DNA of 64,000 bases from Chitinophagales bacterium (lineage in GTDB: Bacteria; Bacteroidota; Bacteroidia; Chitinophagales; CAIOSU01). Within the stretch, counting starts at the first letter, position 1; every line of letters starts with the position of its first letter. This document shows, piece by piece, positions 9,701 through 18,268 of this stretch. Where the stretch lies: NCBI GenBank assembly GCA_040877935.1, contig JBBDNB010000045.1:4536-68535 (forward strand), in the 5' to 3' direction. A program made the position numbers and the translations under genes. A model generated the notes under the pieces. The model had not been told where the DNA came from. It did not search any database and saw only the letters and a list, made by a program, of their open reading frames with translations.

Positions 9701-9892
9701 TACGCCCTCTTCCATTTCCTGTGGGGAAGCACCGGGCTGTATCACTTCAATGACTACTGAGCGGGATTCCAGTTCAGGGAAAAAGGATTTGTTCAAGGAA
9801 AAATAACTACTGAGTCCCAGCACAATTACCAGAATAATGACTGCATTGGACCAGACCGGATATTTCACAAAAAAGCTTACGAGTGATCTCAT
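6725..9892 (-). CDS. RND efflux permease (AcrB/AcrD/AcrF family)
   Basis: 1055 aa; GILVDDGIVVAEN and RFRAVMLTSITT motifs. Confidence 0.95.
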   Translation of the reverse strand: MRSLVSFFVKYPVWSNAVIILVIVLGLSSYFSLNKSFFPELESRSVVIEVIQPGASPQEMEEGVTTKVEESLKGIQGMEEVTSRSFENTATITAVAKKGYDANYFLSEVKNAVDKINGFPDAAEKPVVYLQKRTDRAVSLILSGDRELIKLKEMAEKIEDEFMASGLISQIELRGIPELEISVNVKEKQLLAYQIRFEEISNAIALNNRDISGGSIKTSDEEILIRSNARKIDPEKIENIIVRSTPDGSIIRLKDLADVELRFSETPNQTLFNGKNAVAIQVNKLAEEDVVAISDYIKEYLKDFNADNEDYELYIMNDQSDFLKQRLNLLVTNGTIGLVMVLITLGLFLSLRLSAWVAFAIPFCFLGMFFIGSLAGITINMISLFGMILVIGILVDDGIVVAENIFAHFEKGKSKVQAAIDGCVEVIGPVFASVSTTMLAFAIIFFLDGTLGEFITEMAIVAIACLGFSLVEALIILPSHLAYSGGLEQKKPGKIRSALNNALDFLRHKIYGRFLKICIRYYPITVATGFFFAFIVMGMFNGGIIKNTFFPPIDRDDVSVELVLTPGTRENVTLEILQEIEEKVWQVNEEMKLDQPDSMDMILATKIDIGSGGGETGGHAATLNVKLLDGEKRNGSAYEVTSAIRNKIGVIPEAQKLLVGTRAIFGKPVNVSLRSKNLKELNAAKEMLKNELEEFPDLRDISDNDVLGKREIHIKLKDKAYLLGLNHGEITKQIRNGFFGNEVQRLQIGTDEVKVWTRYDQEGRSSIDKLEKMRIKTLNGNEYLLKDLVTFEIERGIVTINHFNGSREISVSADLDNPNKPVPDILAKISGEIMPAIQKQFSSVTYEFKGQQEESSKMGASLMKIFPIILILIIILIALVFRSFSQSFLILSLIPFGVICAILGHGIEQKPVSILSFYGMIALSGVIINDAVVLLDRFNSLIRNGAKVREAAFDSGVMRFRAVMLTSITTIAGLYPLILEKSTQAQFLVPMAISVAYGVLFGTVIILTYFPAFLMIINDFRRFIHRIWYGKWPSREEVEPAWQERKRFIENELEL

Positions 9893-11025
9893 TCTTGCTG
9901 CGGGCTGTTTTCTTTTTTAGGCAAATATTTGTTTTCCTTTCCCGGATTCATCAATGCTTCGCTAACAACCCAAGCCCCTTTTTCCGGTCCGCGGATCAGT
10001 GCTGTTTTTTCGTTGGCTTTTATAATTTCCGCAGTTTTTGGTTGAAGCAAGGAGTCTTTCAAAACATATATCTGGTTTTTGTTGAAAATTGCAGCGCGCG
10101 GAATTTCAAATACGCTGTCAATTTCAGGGCCTTGCAGGAGTACATCTACATACATACCTTCGTAAAAATGTCCCGGGTTTTTGAATTGCAAATAAACATT
10201 TACCGATTGGGTGCTGGCATCCAGGAATGAAGCCATGCGTTTTACAGTTGCCGGGTATTGCTTGCCTTTGCTGTCAATGATTTTCCCTTTGGTTCCGATT
10301 TCTACCCATTGGATTTCATCCGTAGCAAGCGGCATTTCTATTTCCAAATCGGCACTTTCTATAATTTCGGCAATCTGTACACCGGGGTTTACAATGGTTC
10401 CCGCCTCTAACATTACCCGGCTGAAAGAACCTGAAAATGGGGCGAAAAAGCTGTATTTCTCTATGCGTACTTCAGCACTTTTGATGTTGTAATACAGGCT
10501 CAAAATATTTTTGACCGACAAAAGGGTTTTTAGTTTTGAATCCTTGAACGATGGCATTTCTGCTATTTTTTTATCTATATCGATGTCATCGAAATAGGAC
10601 TTCCATTTGGGATAATCATCGGGATAATCTATTTTAATATCCGGCAAAATTCCGGCCAGGGCAGTTAGGAAATTGCTCTTTTCTGCTTTCAATTGCAGAC
10701 GGGCTTCGGTATCGTCAATTTTAAAAAGCAACTGTCCTTTCCTGAAACTTGCACCTTCCTTCAGGTTGACATCGCCTTCCATGAGCAACCCCTGCACTTC
10801 GGGAGAAAGGATTACGCGCTTGCCTGCCTGTATCCTGCCGTTTCCCGGTATGGTGCTCGCTTGTGTTGAATAGCTGACTTTGGTTACTTTGGCATATTGC
10901 TGCATTTCGGGCAGGCTTCTTTTGGGCGGGTCTTTTTTCAGGCTGCTCAAATATTTATTGGCAAAAAAACCGACTACTAAAATGGCAATGGCCACTGCGG
11001 TAATGATGATTTGTCTTTTTTGCAT
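9889..11025 (-). CDS. RND membrane fusion (periplasmic adaptor) protein
   Basis: N-terminal anchor, lipoyl-like halves (KGQLLFKID, APFSG). Confidence 0.9.
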   Translation of the reverse strand: MQKRQIIITAVAIAILVVGFFANKYLSSLKKDPPKRSLPEMQQYAKVTKVSYSTQASTIPGNGRIQAGKRVILSPEVQGLLMEGDVNLKEGASFRKGQLLFKIDDTEARLQLKAEKSNFLTALAGILPDIKIDYPDDYPKWKSYFDDIDIDKKIAEMPSFKDSKLKTLLSVKNILSLYYNIKSAEVRIEKYSFFAPFSGSFSRVMLEAGTIVNPGVQIAEIIESADLEIEMPLATDEIQWVEIGTKGKIIDSKGKQYPATVKRMASFLDASTQSVNVYLQFKNPGHFYEGMYVDVLLQGPEIDSVFEIPRAAIFNKNQIYVLKDSLLQPKTAEIIKANEKTALIRGPEKGAWVVSEALMNPGKENKYLPKKENSPQQE

Positions 11026-11028
11026 TTT

Positions 11029-11490
11029 CTATTCTGTGGTTTCGAGATTTAAGGCATTATTTGAATTGATCATTACAGTGCGCAATACATTTTTACAGGT
11101 TTCAATATCTTCCTCATTTTGACCTTTCAGAGCAGTTTGAATGGTTTTATCAACCTGATCGAGGAGTTTTTGTTGAAGGTCTTTGGCCGTTTTTGTAAGA
11201 AAGACGCGCTTGTTTCTTTTGTCGTTGCGGTCGGTTTTGCGCAGTAGCAATTTTTTTTGCTCCAAACCGGCAATGATGCGTGCGGTGCTGCTTTTGTCCT
11301 TTCTGCAAAAAACGGACAATTCCTGTTGGGTACTGCCGTCATTTTTATAGAGCCCCACCAACACCACCCATTGGTCGATGCTGATCTCACAACCGGCTTC
11401 CTTGAAATTGCGCTGCAATAGTGTGGAAAGCGAGCGGTAGGATTTACCGATAAGCGCACCAATAGCATGTTCTATTTCTTCAATGTGCAA
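11029..11490 (-). CDS. MarR-family transcriptional regulator
   Basis: TQQELS...DKR...LTK wHTH motif; heads the efflux operon. Confidence 0.9.
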   Translation of the reverse strand: MHIEEIEHAIGALIGKSYRSLSTLLQRNFKEAGCEISIDQWVVLVGLYKNDGSTQQELSVFCRKDKSSTARIIAGLEQKKLLLRKTDRNDKRNKRVFLTKTAKDLQQKLLDQVDKTIQTALKGQNEEDIETCKNVLRTVMINSNNALNLETTE

Positions 11491-11504
11491 GGCAGAAAAA
11501 TTTT

Positions 11505-11554
11505 AGTTGTTGCATCAACCATTCAAAGGTAGAAAGGAAAATCGAAATGACAAA
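11505..11554 (-). promoter_or_regulatory. Bacteroidota sigma70 promoter with a putative MarR operator
   Basis: Minus strand TTTG (11554-11551), 19 bp, TACCTTTG (11531-11524); palindrome GTTG-N6-CAAC at 11506-11519 over the predicted start site. Confidence 0.7.
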
Positions 11555-11707
11555 TTGTGGGGGTAAATATTTGAAGGAGAAGTGGTCAGACTCAAAGTCC
11601 CAATACAAAAACCGGAGACGAAAATTTTCACTCGCGAGATGTGAGCGTAGGCTAAGAATTTAAACCAAGCGGTTAAACGGAATATTGATATATTCCCAAG
11701 TGATTTT

Positions 11708-12274
11708 ATGTTTCAACTCACAAAAAAAGAATGGAGTGTGATGTCATCACAAATTGTGACGACATACCCCATAAAACGACCTAAAAGCGCATTGCCATTA
11801 GCTTTCAAAAAGTATGGAGTGACTATGCTGCATTATGATTTGGCCGAGTTGTATGAAACTGAAACTAAATACATCAAAAGAGCTGTCAGGAATAATATCA
11901 AAAGATTCCCTAAAGACTTTATGTTTGAATTGACCAAAGATGAATGGGAAGCTTTGAGGTGCAATATTAGCACCTCAAACAAGAAAGGAGGAATCAGATA
12001 CATGCCATTTGCATTTACAGAACAAGGTGTAGCTATGCTTTCTGGGGTTTTAAACAGCGATAAAGCGATTGATATGAATATATTAATCATGAGGGCTTTT
12101 GTGATTATGAGGCAGTTTGCATTATCACACAATGAACTTTCATCCAGACTAAAAAAATTAGAAGAAAAGTACAACAGAAACTTCGAGGATGTTTACGAAG
12201 CCATCAATTACCTTTTGGAAAAAGATAAAATTGAAATAGCCCAAAAAGAAAGAAGAAGAATTGGATTTAAATAA
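11708..12274 (+). CDS. ORF6N-domain protein preceded in frame by a partial second ORF6N copy
   Basis: DLAELY...RFPKDFMFELT...PFAFTEQGVAMLS...RRIGF; partial copy from 11651 (LNQAVKRNIDIFPSDFMFQLT). Confidence 0.85.
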   Translation: MFQLTKKEWSVMSSQIVTTYPIKRPKSALPLAFKKYGVTMLHYDLAELYETETKYIKRAVRNNIKRFPKDFMFELTKDEWEALRCNISTSNKKGGIRYMPFAFTEQGVAMLSGVLNSDKAIDMNILIMRAFVIMRQFALSHNELSSRLKKLEEKYNRNFEDVYEAINYLLEKDKIEIAQKERRRIGFK

Positions 12275-12311
12275 TCAGACGACATTGAATTACCTAACCA
12301 GTTTGTAGTTA

Positions 12312-13388
12312 CTATTTATTTTCATCTCCTAAATCTAGTTCATCAAAGCCATCCTCTTCTGATTCTTTCTTCCCAATATCATTTTTGATTCTTTCCAGCA
12401 CACGCCCCAGTATATTCCGGATAATACGGTTTAGCTCTTCATCGCGCTTGTCCTCTTGTATAGCCTCTTTTTGATCTTCTGTAAGTGCTGAATCCAGCGT
12501 GGTGTGAATGGAATCTTCTATCAGTTTCCCGGTATCTTCGGCAGTAACTTGTTTGAACATACTATCGATCAATTGATAAGTGATATCGCTAAGCGAAACG
12601 GAAAGCGTTTGGGTGATTTGCTTGCCCACCAGTGGAATTTGCTCTATTTTCTTCATTTCCTCGCTCTGTTCAAAACCGTCTTTTACCACCGTATCTATAC
12701 GGAGTTTAATCTCGTCCTTATAGCTCTCATAATTGTTTTTTGCAGTACGCTGAATCCTTTCCGAAAGTAACTTTGCCAATTGTTCCTGATCTGGCCTTAC
12801 TGCTTCTGCCAGCGGACTGCCCTTGCTTTCCGGGCTGCTTTCCTTGGTTACCTCACGCTGTATGCCCGATACCAAATTGATCAAAACCTTGTCGGTAATC
12901 CGGTCGGTAAATGCTTTGTACAGGCTGTATGCATTTTTATAAAGTATATTCTCGCGCAAATCGATCACGCCCATTTTGTGCAGGCGCAGGAGCATGGACA
13001 GTACCCTGAAAATCCTGAGCCAGCGGAATACACCCAGCGGAATACAGCCCAACACATCATACCAGTGGATGAGCGGGTAAAACCACCAGCGGCTGTAGAT
13101 TTTGTTTTTAATGGCAAAGCCCCAGCTGATCAATAATTCTGAAACAAAAATTACCACAAAAATCAGATCGTAAAGTAGAAAGTTGGGATGGATTTCATCG
13201 CGGTAAAATTCAAAGAAAGCCGGAGAAATATTATTGAGAAAATTCTGAAAAAAACGGAAATTAAAATGCCAATCGAAAGTGATAAACATCAGGTTGAGCA
13301 CCACTGCCAACAGCATAAAAATATCATCGGCTAGCTTCAGAATGCCACGTCTTTGCCTTAAATCGGACCAGTCTATTTTTTTTGTCAT
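12312..13388 (-). CDS. Voltage-sensor-like (ion transporter S1-S4) membrane protein with a helical C-terminus
   Basis: IFVSELL, WYDVLGCIP and FRWLRIFRVLSMLLR segments; no pore motif seen. Confidence 0.65.
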   Translation of the reverse strand: MTKKIDWSDLRQRRGILKLADDIFMLLAVVLNLMFITFDWHFNFRFFQNFLNNISPAFFEFYRDEIHPNFLLYDLIFVVIFVSELLISWGFAIKNKIYSRWWFYPLIHWYDVLGCIPLGVFRWLRIFRVLSMLLRLHKMGVIDLRENILYKNAYSLYKAFTDRITDKVLINLVSGIQREVTKESSPESKGSPLAEAVRPDQEQLAKLLSERIQRTAKNNYESYKDEIKLRIDTVVKDGFEQSEEMKKIEQIPLVGKQITQTLSVSLSDITYQLIDSMFKQVTAEDTGKLIEDSIHTTLDSALTEDQKEAIQEDKRDEELNRIIRNILGRVLERIKNDIGKKESEEDGFDELDLGDENK

Positions 13389-13504
13389 GTGTTGAGTTTA
13401 GTATAGAATAAAACTGAAAATTAGATTACAACTGATTTTTATAAATTAATGAGTTGTTTGGAAACTACAAAATTTCGGAATTAAATTAGCCTTAATTTTA
13501 CAAC

Positions 13505-14698
13505 ATGCCCTACCATATCACCATCTCTGGAGCGGGAATAGTCGGATTATCTACTGCCTATCAATTGCTGCAACAAAAGCCCGATTTGGAAATTGCCATT
13601 ATCGAGAAAGAAGCGGATGTTGCCCAACACCAAACCGGGCGCAATAGTGGCGTAATCCATTCAGGCATTTACTACAAACCGGGAAGTCTGCGGGCTGAAA
13701 ATTGCATTCGCGGCTATCGCTACCTGCTGGATTTTTGCTATAAACACGAAGTGGATTACGAAATCTGCGGAAAGGTCATCGTGGCCACTGAAAAAAGTGA
13801 AGTACCCGTATTGGATGAAATCCTGAAAAAGGGCAAAGCCAATGGGCTGGAAGGCATTCAAAAAATCGATCGAGCGGAAATTCTGGAGAAAGAACCACAC
13901 TGTGCAGGCATTGTCGGTATATGGGTGCCTCAGGCCGGCATTGCAGATTATAAGGGCATGGCGCAAAAGCTCAAATCACTTTTGCAGGAAGCGGGTGTTG
14001 CATTTTATTTTGGAGAAAAAGTATTGTCCGTAGAAAAGCAAAGTGGCGCAAAAGTTCTGACCGACAAGCAAAAGCTTGAAAGCGATTTGTTTATCAATTG
14101 CTCGGGCTTGTACTCCGATAAAGTGGCCAAAAGCAGCGGGGCCGATGTGCCTGTTCAGATTTTACCCTTTAGGGGCGAATATTTCAAAATCAAAAAAGAG
14201 CGGCAGCATCTGGTCAATAACCTTATCTACCCGGTTCCCGATCCCGATTTTCCATTTTTGGGCGTGCATTTCACCCGCATGATCGAGGGCGGAATAGAAG
14301 CAGGACCCAGTGCGGTATTGGCTTTTCAACGAGAGGGCTACCACCGCAGCGATGTAGATGCCAAAGAATTGATGGAAATCCTGAAATATCCCGGTTTTCA
14401 AAAGCTGGCTTTTAAATATTGGAAAAAAGGTCTGGGAGAGCTTTACCGCTCTTATTCCAAAGCGGCATTTACCCGAAAACTGCAAAAACTCATTCCCGAT
14501 ATTCGCCAAGAAGATTTAGAACCCGTTCCTGCCGGAGTCCGTGCCATGGCCTGTAGTCCCAATGGCGAATTGCTGGACGATTATTTATTTTTGGAAGATG
14601 AATTTGTGCTGAATGTCTGCAACGCCCCCTCCCCTGCCGCTACTTCTGGATTGGCAATTGGGGAAAGTGTGGCGGTAAAGGCTTTGAAGAGTTTTTGA
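13505..14698 (+). CDS. lhgO: L-2-hydroxyglutarate oxidase
   Basis: GAGIVG FAD motif, HQTGRNSGVIHSGIYY, PFLGVHFT, NAPSPAATS. Confidence 0.92.
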   Translation: MPYHITISGAGIVGLSTAYQLLQQKPDLEIAIIEKEADVAQHQTGRNSGVIHSGIYYKPGSLRAENCIRGYRYLLDFCYKHEVDYEICGKVIVATEKSEVPVLDEILKKGKANGLEGIQKIDRAEILEKEPHCAGIVGIWVPQAGIADYKGMAQKLKSLLQEAGVAFYFGEKVLSVEKQSGAKVLTDKQKLESDLFINCSGLYSDKVAKSSGADVPVQILPFRGEYFKIKKERQHLVNNLIYPVPDPDFPFLGVHFTRMIEGGIEAGPSAVLAFQREGYHRSDVDAKELMEILKYPGFQKLAFKYWKKGLGELYRSYSKAAFTRKLQKLIPDIRQEDLEPVPAGVRAMACSPNGELLDDYLFLEDEFVLNVCNAPSPAATSGLAIGESVAVKALKSF

Positions 14699-14732
14699 AC
14701 TAATTTCAATTGTCTATTATTTATTCAGCTAT

Positions 14733-14774
14733 GTACCATATATTTGGTACTATAGAATAGTAAAGCTAAATTTG
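14733..14774 (+). promoter_or_regulatory. Bacteroidota promoter with a palindrome over the -33 box
   Basis: TTTG 14743-14746, 20 bp, TAAATTTG 14767-14774; GTACCA-N6-TGGTAC at 14733-14750. Confidence 0.65.
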
Positions 14775-14784
14775 TAATAACAGT

Positions 14785-14830
14785 ACACACCACGCTACAT
14801 CATAAGAACAACGTCCCAGGGTGTGTCTTT
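14785..14830 (+). ncRNA. Possible abiF-like RNA hairpin (degenerate)
   Basis: Stem ACACACC/GGTGTGT enclosing ACGCT...TAAG...AACGT, just after a promoter and upstream of an Abi tail remnant. Confidence 0.45.
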
Positions 14831-14934
14831 TGCTTAAAATATTTTGATTTACCCACATACAAAGTGGTTTAATGGAATAATTTGAAGTGAAAATATCTAA
14901 TGATTTGTTTTATTGTTGAAAGCTGTAAGCCGTT

Positions 14935-15189
14935 ATGATAGAATTAAAGAACAATAAGAAACCAAGTTACTATATGAGAAAACCCAATTTTTGGGACGGT
15001 CTTGCAAGTTTATTTGATTTGTATAATGCCCGTAGCATTAAATTAGACCTCTCATTTGATGAGGATATCAAAGCAATGAAATCAGATTTTGATATGGTCG
15101 GACACGACTTATGGTATGCGGTTAAAAAATTTGATCACCTTAATGAAAAGTTGTTAAAATCAAAAGGCGATAAAATTCCCACAGTTTAA
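14935..15189 (+). CDS. Small hypothetical protein paired with DUF2335
   Basis: 84 aa, FWDGLASLFDL...DIKAMKSDFDMVGHDL; 15 bp before the DUF2335 gene. Confidence 0.6.
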   Translation: MIELKNNKKPSYYMRKPNFWDGLASLFDLYNARSIKLDLSFDEDIKAMKSDFDMVGHDLWYAVKKFDHLNEKLLKSKGDKIPTV

Positions 15190-15204
15190 AACATCTGCTG
15201 CGTT

Positions 15205-15705
15205 ATGAATAAAGCTTTTAATAAAGGTGAAGATAGCTCGCAAAAACTTAAAAAGCGAGATTCAGAAGACGCAGAAATATCCGAGGTTGTTCAAGACCTC
15301 AAGAAAAACCCGAAATTTAAGGATTTCACTGATGAGCAATTAAGGGCAGTTGCAGAGACAGCTGTTGTTGAAGTACGTCAGGAATTTTTAGAAAGCAGTT
15401 TTTCTGGCCCACTTCCTCCTCCTGGAGTTTATGCCCAATATGAGCAGATTCTCCCAGGAGCCGCAGACCGTATTTTGGTCATGGCGGAAGAAAATGCTCA
15501 AGACAGAAAAAAGATCAACACTAAAATAGTAGATGCTGATATTAAGCGGTCTTTAACTGGACAAATTTTAGGTTTTATATTGTCAATTTTATTTATTGGT
15601 GCTGCAATCGTCTGTGCTTACTTTGACCAGCCGTTTCCTGCCAGTGTTTTAGGAGTAGGAGGATTTTCATCCATAATATCAATCTTCGTTCTAGGTAAAA
15701 AGTGA
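15205..15705 (+). CDS. DUF2335-domain membrane protein
   Basis: FSGPLPPP...YEQILPGAADRILVMAE plus two C-terminal TM helices. Confidence 0.85.
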   Translation: MNKAFNKGEDSSQKLKKRDSEDAEISEVVQDLKKNPKFKDFTDEQLRAVAETAVVEVRQEFLESSFSGPLPPPGVYAQYEQILPGAADRILVMAEENAQDRKKINTKIVDADIKRSLTGQILGFILSILFIGAAIVCAYFDQPFPASVLGVGGFSSIISIFVLGKK

Positions 15706-15716
15706 AATCAACTTAA

Positions 15717-15848
15717 TATTTAATCATTGCTCCAGAAAATTCATTTACTCCGAGATTGAAGGCTTTATTTGAGAAGTACCCAAATGTAGATCCAAAAGCA
15801 TTGGGAATGAAAGATGAATGGCAAAACGAGCCGCTTTGGCTGAAATAG
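15717..15848 (+). pseudogene. C-terminal remnant of an Abi (AbiD/AbiF-like) family gene
   Basis: Startless frame YLIIAPENSFTPRLKALFEKYPNVDPKALGMKDEWQNEPLWLK* resembles the C-terminus of Bacteroidota Abi proteins. Confidence 0.7.
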
Positions 15849-15887
15849 CATAAATAAGCTTTTCATTTACAACACCACTATTTACCT

Positions 15888-15895
15888 TAACTTTG
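15888..15895 (+). promoter_or_regulatory. -7 box of the mevalonate operon (near-leaderless transcript)
   Basis: TAACTTTG ends 7 bp before the fni ATG. Confidence 0.55.
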
Positions 15896-15902
15896 CGCAC
15901 AC

Positions 15903-16913
15903 ATGAGCGGGCAAAGAAAAAAAGATCATATTGAGCTGGCGTTTCAATCGCAAGTGCTGAATGGCGAGTTGGACCAAAGGTTTTATTACGAGCCGCTATT
16001 GTCCGCACATCCCAGTCAAGCTTTGCCAAAATTTGAATTCCTGGGCAAGCAAATGCACGCACCAATCTGGATTTCAAGTATGACGGGCGGAACTGAAATG
16101 GCAGCCAAAATCAATCAAAACCTGGCAAAAGCCTGTGCGGAATTTGGGCTTGGAATGGGGCTGGGCTCCTGTCGTCCGCTATTGGATAGCAATAAGCGCT
16201 TTCAGGATTTTAATCTCAGGACTATTATTGGAAATGACCTTCCCTTTTTTGCCAATCTGGGTATTGCGCAAATAGAAGAGCTACTTTCCCAAAACCGGGC
16301 AGAAAAAATTTCGGAGTTAATTGGGAAATTAAAAGCAGATGGATTGATTATTCATGTCAACCCGCTGCAGGAATGGTTGCAGCCCGAAGGCGATCGTTTT
16401 AAAAAGGCGCCAATAGCGACCATTCAGGAATTGCTGGAAAAAACAGATTTCCCCATTATTGTAAAGGAAGTGGGGCAGGGCATGGGCTACAACAGCCTGA
16501 AAGCACTGATGCAATTGCCCCTGGCGGCCATAGATTTTGCAGCAAGCGGAGGTACTAATTTCTCCAAACTAGAGTTATTGAGGGGATCAAATGAAAACTC
16601 CAGCCAGTTTGAAGCCTGGACTAACATTGGCCATACAGCAGAAGAAATGTGTTTGATGGTAAATGAAATCAATCGAGAACTCGGTTCCGCTGTACAATGC
16701 AAGGAAGTGATTGTTTCCGGTGGAGTGAAAAACTTTTTAGAAGGCTATTACCTTATTAAGCTGCTGAATCAGAATGCAGTTTATGGCCAGGGTTCTGCTT
16801 TTTTAAAACATGCCAGGGAAGATTATAAAAGTTTAAGCAACTTTGTAAAGCAACAAATAGAAGGCCTGAAAATGGCCAAGGCATTTTTGCAAATAAAAAC
16901 CAACAGACCATAG
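15903..16913 (+). CDS. fni: Type 2 isopentenyl-diphosphate delta-isomerase (FMN)
   Basis: RKKDHI, SSMTGG, HVNPLQE, IVKEVGQG, GGTNF. Confidence 0.93.
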   Translation: MSGQRKKDHIELAFQSQVLNGELDQRFYYEPLLSAHPSQALPKFEFLGKQMHAPIWISSMTGGTEMAAKINQNLAKACAEFGLGMGLGSCRPLLDSNKRFQDFNLRTIIGNDLPFFANLGIAQIEELLSQNRAEKISELIGKLKADGLIIHVNPLQEWLQPEGDRFKKAPIATIQELLEKTDFPIIVKEVGQGMGYNSLKALMQLPLAAIDFAASGGTNFSKLELLRGSNENSSQFEAWTNIGHTAEEMCLMVNEINRELGSAVQCKEVIVSGGVKNFLEGYYLIKLLNQNAVYGQGSAFLKHAREDYKSLSNFVKQQIEGLKMAKAFLQIKTNRP

Positions 16914-16915
16914 CA

Positions 16916-18262
16916 ATGGATTCTAAAACCAAAGCACAACAATTTGTAGAGGGCTTTTCCAAATTGTCCAAAACAGAAAAAATCAATTGGATCGTCAAGC
17001 AGTATTTTGATGGAGATCAGCAGGTTTTTAAAGAATTTGAGAATTATTGGCACAAAGATCCCAGTCAACAAAAGCTCTACGATGAATTCAGTGAAAATAC
17101 ACTGACCAATTACTATATGCCTTTTGGTGTAGCACCTAATTTCCTGATCAATAATGAAGTATATACTTTGCCTATGGTGATTGAGGAAAGTTCTGTGGTA
17201 GCAGCTGCTTCAAAGTCAGCTAAATTTTGGCGCGACAAAGGTGGTTTTCATGCAGAAGTGCTCGATATACAAAAAATCGGGCAGGTGCATTTTATGTATT
17301 CCGGTGACAAAGCCATTTTGCAGGAATTTTTCAAAATGCTCAAACCCAAATTGATTAGGGATACGCATTCTATTACCCGCAATATGAAAAAGCGCGGTGG
17401 TGGAATTTTGGATATTGAGTTGATTGACAAAACCAATGACCTGGAGAATTATTATCAGCTTAGGGCTTCCTTTAATACCTGCGATTCCATGGGTGCTAAT
17501 TTTATCAATTCCTGCCTGGAAAAATTTGCCGAAGTCATGAGGGCTGAAGCGGGTGAATTTGCTCCTTTTGATATTTATAAAGAACCTGTCGTAGATGTGG
17601 TGATGTCAATTTTGTCTAATTACACGCCCGATTGTATAGTTCGAGTAAGCGCTTCCTGTACTTTGGAAGAATTGGTGGATGCTGTACCCGGAATGGGCGG
17701 ACGTGAATTTGCCGACAGGGTGGTGCGTGCCGTAAAAATTGCGGAAGTAGATCCATACCGGGCAACTACGCACAACAAAGGTATTTTCAACGGAATCGAT
17801 TCCGTGATTTTGGCCACAGGAAATGATTTCAGGGCAGTGGAAGCCTGTGGGCATACCTATGCAGCAAGAAATGGAAAATACAGCTGTCTTTCCCATGCAG
17901 ATATCAATGGAAACATATTTACTTATTCTTTGGAAGTGCCGCTTTCTGTGGGCACGGTTGGTGGTTTGACCAATTTGCACCCGCTGGTGAAACGCGCCAT
18001 GAATATGTTGGGAAATCCCAATGCCGAAAAGTTGATGATGATAGCAGCTACTGCCGGATTAGCCAATAATTTTTCAGCCATAAAATCGCTGGTTACCGAT
18101 GGCATTCAGAAAGGACATATGAAAATGCATTTACTCAATATTCTGAAAACTATGGATGCTTCCTTTGAAGAAGTAGAAGCTGCCAAAAAATATTTCACTG
18201 ATAATGTGGTTTCTTACCCTGCGGTGCGCAATTTTCTTATTTCCGTAAGAAGCAATTCCTGA
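16916..18262 (+). CDS. mvaA: HMG-CoA reductase, class II
   Basis: EESSVVAAAS, DSMGANFIN, RATTHNKGIFNG, GIQKGHMKMH. Confidence 0.93.
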   Translation: MDSKTKAQQFVEGFSKLSKTEKINWIVKQYFDGDQQVFKEFENYWHKDPSQQKLYDEFSENTLTNYYMPFGVAPNFLINNEVYTLPMVIEESSVVAAASKSAKFWRDKGGFHAEVLDIQKIGQVHFMYSGDKAILQEFFKMLKPKLIRDTHSITRNMKKRGGGILDIELIDKTNDLENYYQLRASFNTCDSMGANFINSCLEKFAEVMRAEAGEFAPFDIYKEPVVDVVMSILSNYTPDCIVRVSASCTLEELVDAVPGMGGREFADRVVRAVKIAEVDPYRATTHNKGIFNGIDSVILATGNDFRAVEACGHTYAARNGKYSCLSHADINGNIFTYSLEVPLSVGTVGGLTNLHPLVKRAMNMLGNPNAEKLMMIAATAGLANNFSAIKSLVTDGIQKGHMKMHLLNILKTMDASFEEVEAAKKYFTDNVVSYPAVRNFLISVRSNS

Positions 18263-18268
18263 AAGGCA

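Noticed and set aside
5602..11122. Many + strand ORFs (e.g. 7754..8488)
   Set aside because: Antisense shadows of the RND efflux genes
15745..16077. 110-aa minus-strand ORF
   Set aside because: Antisense to the Abi remnant and fni
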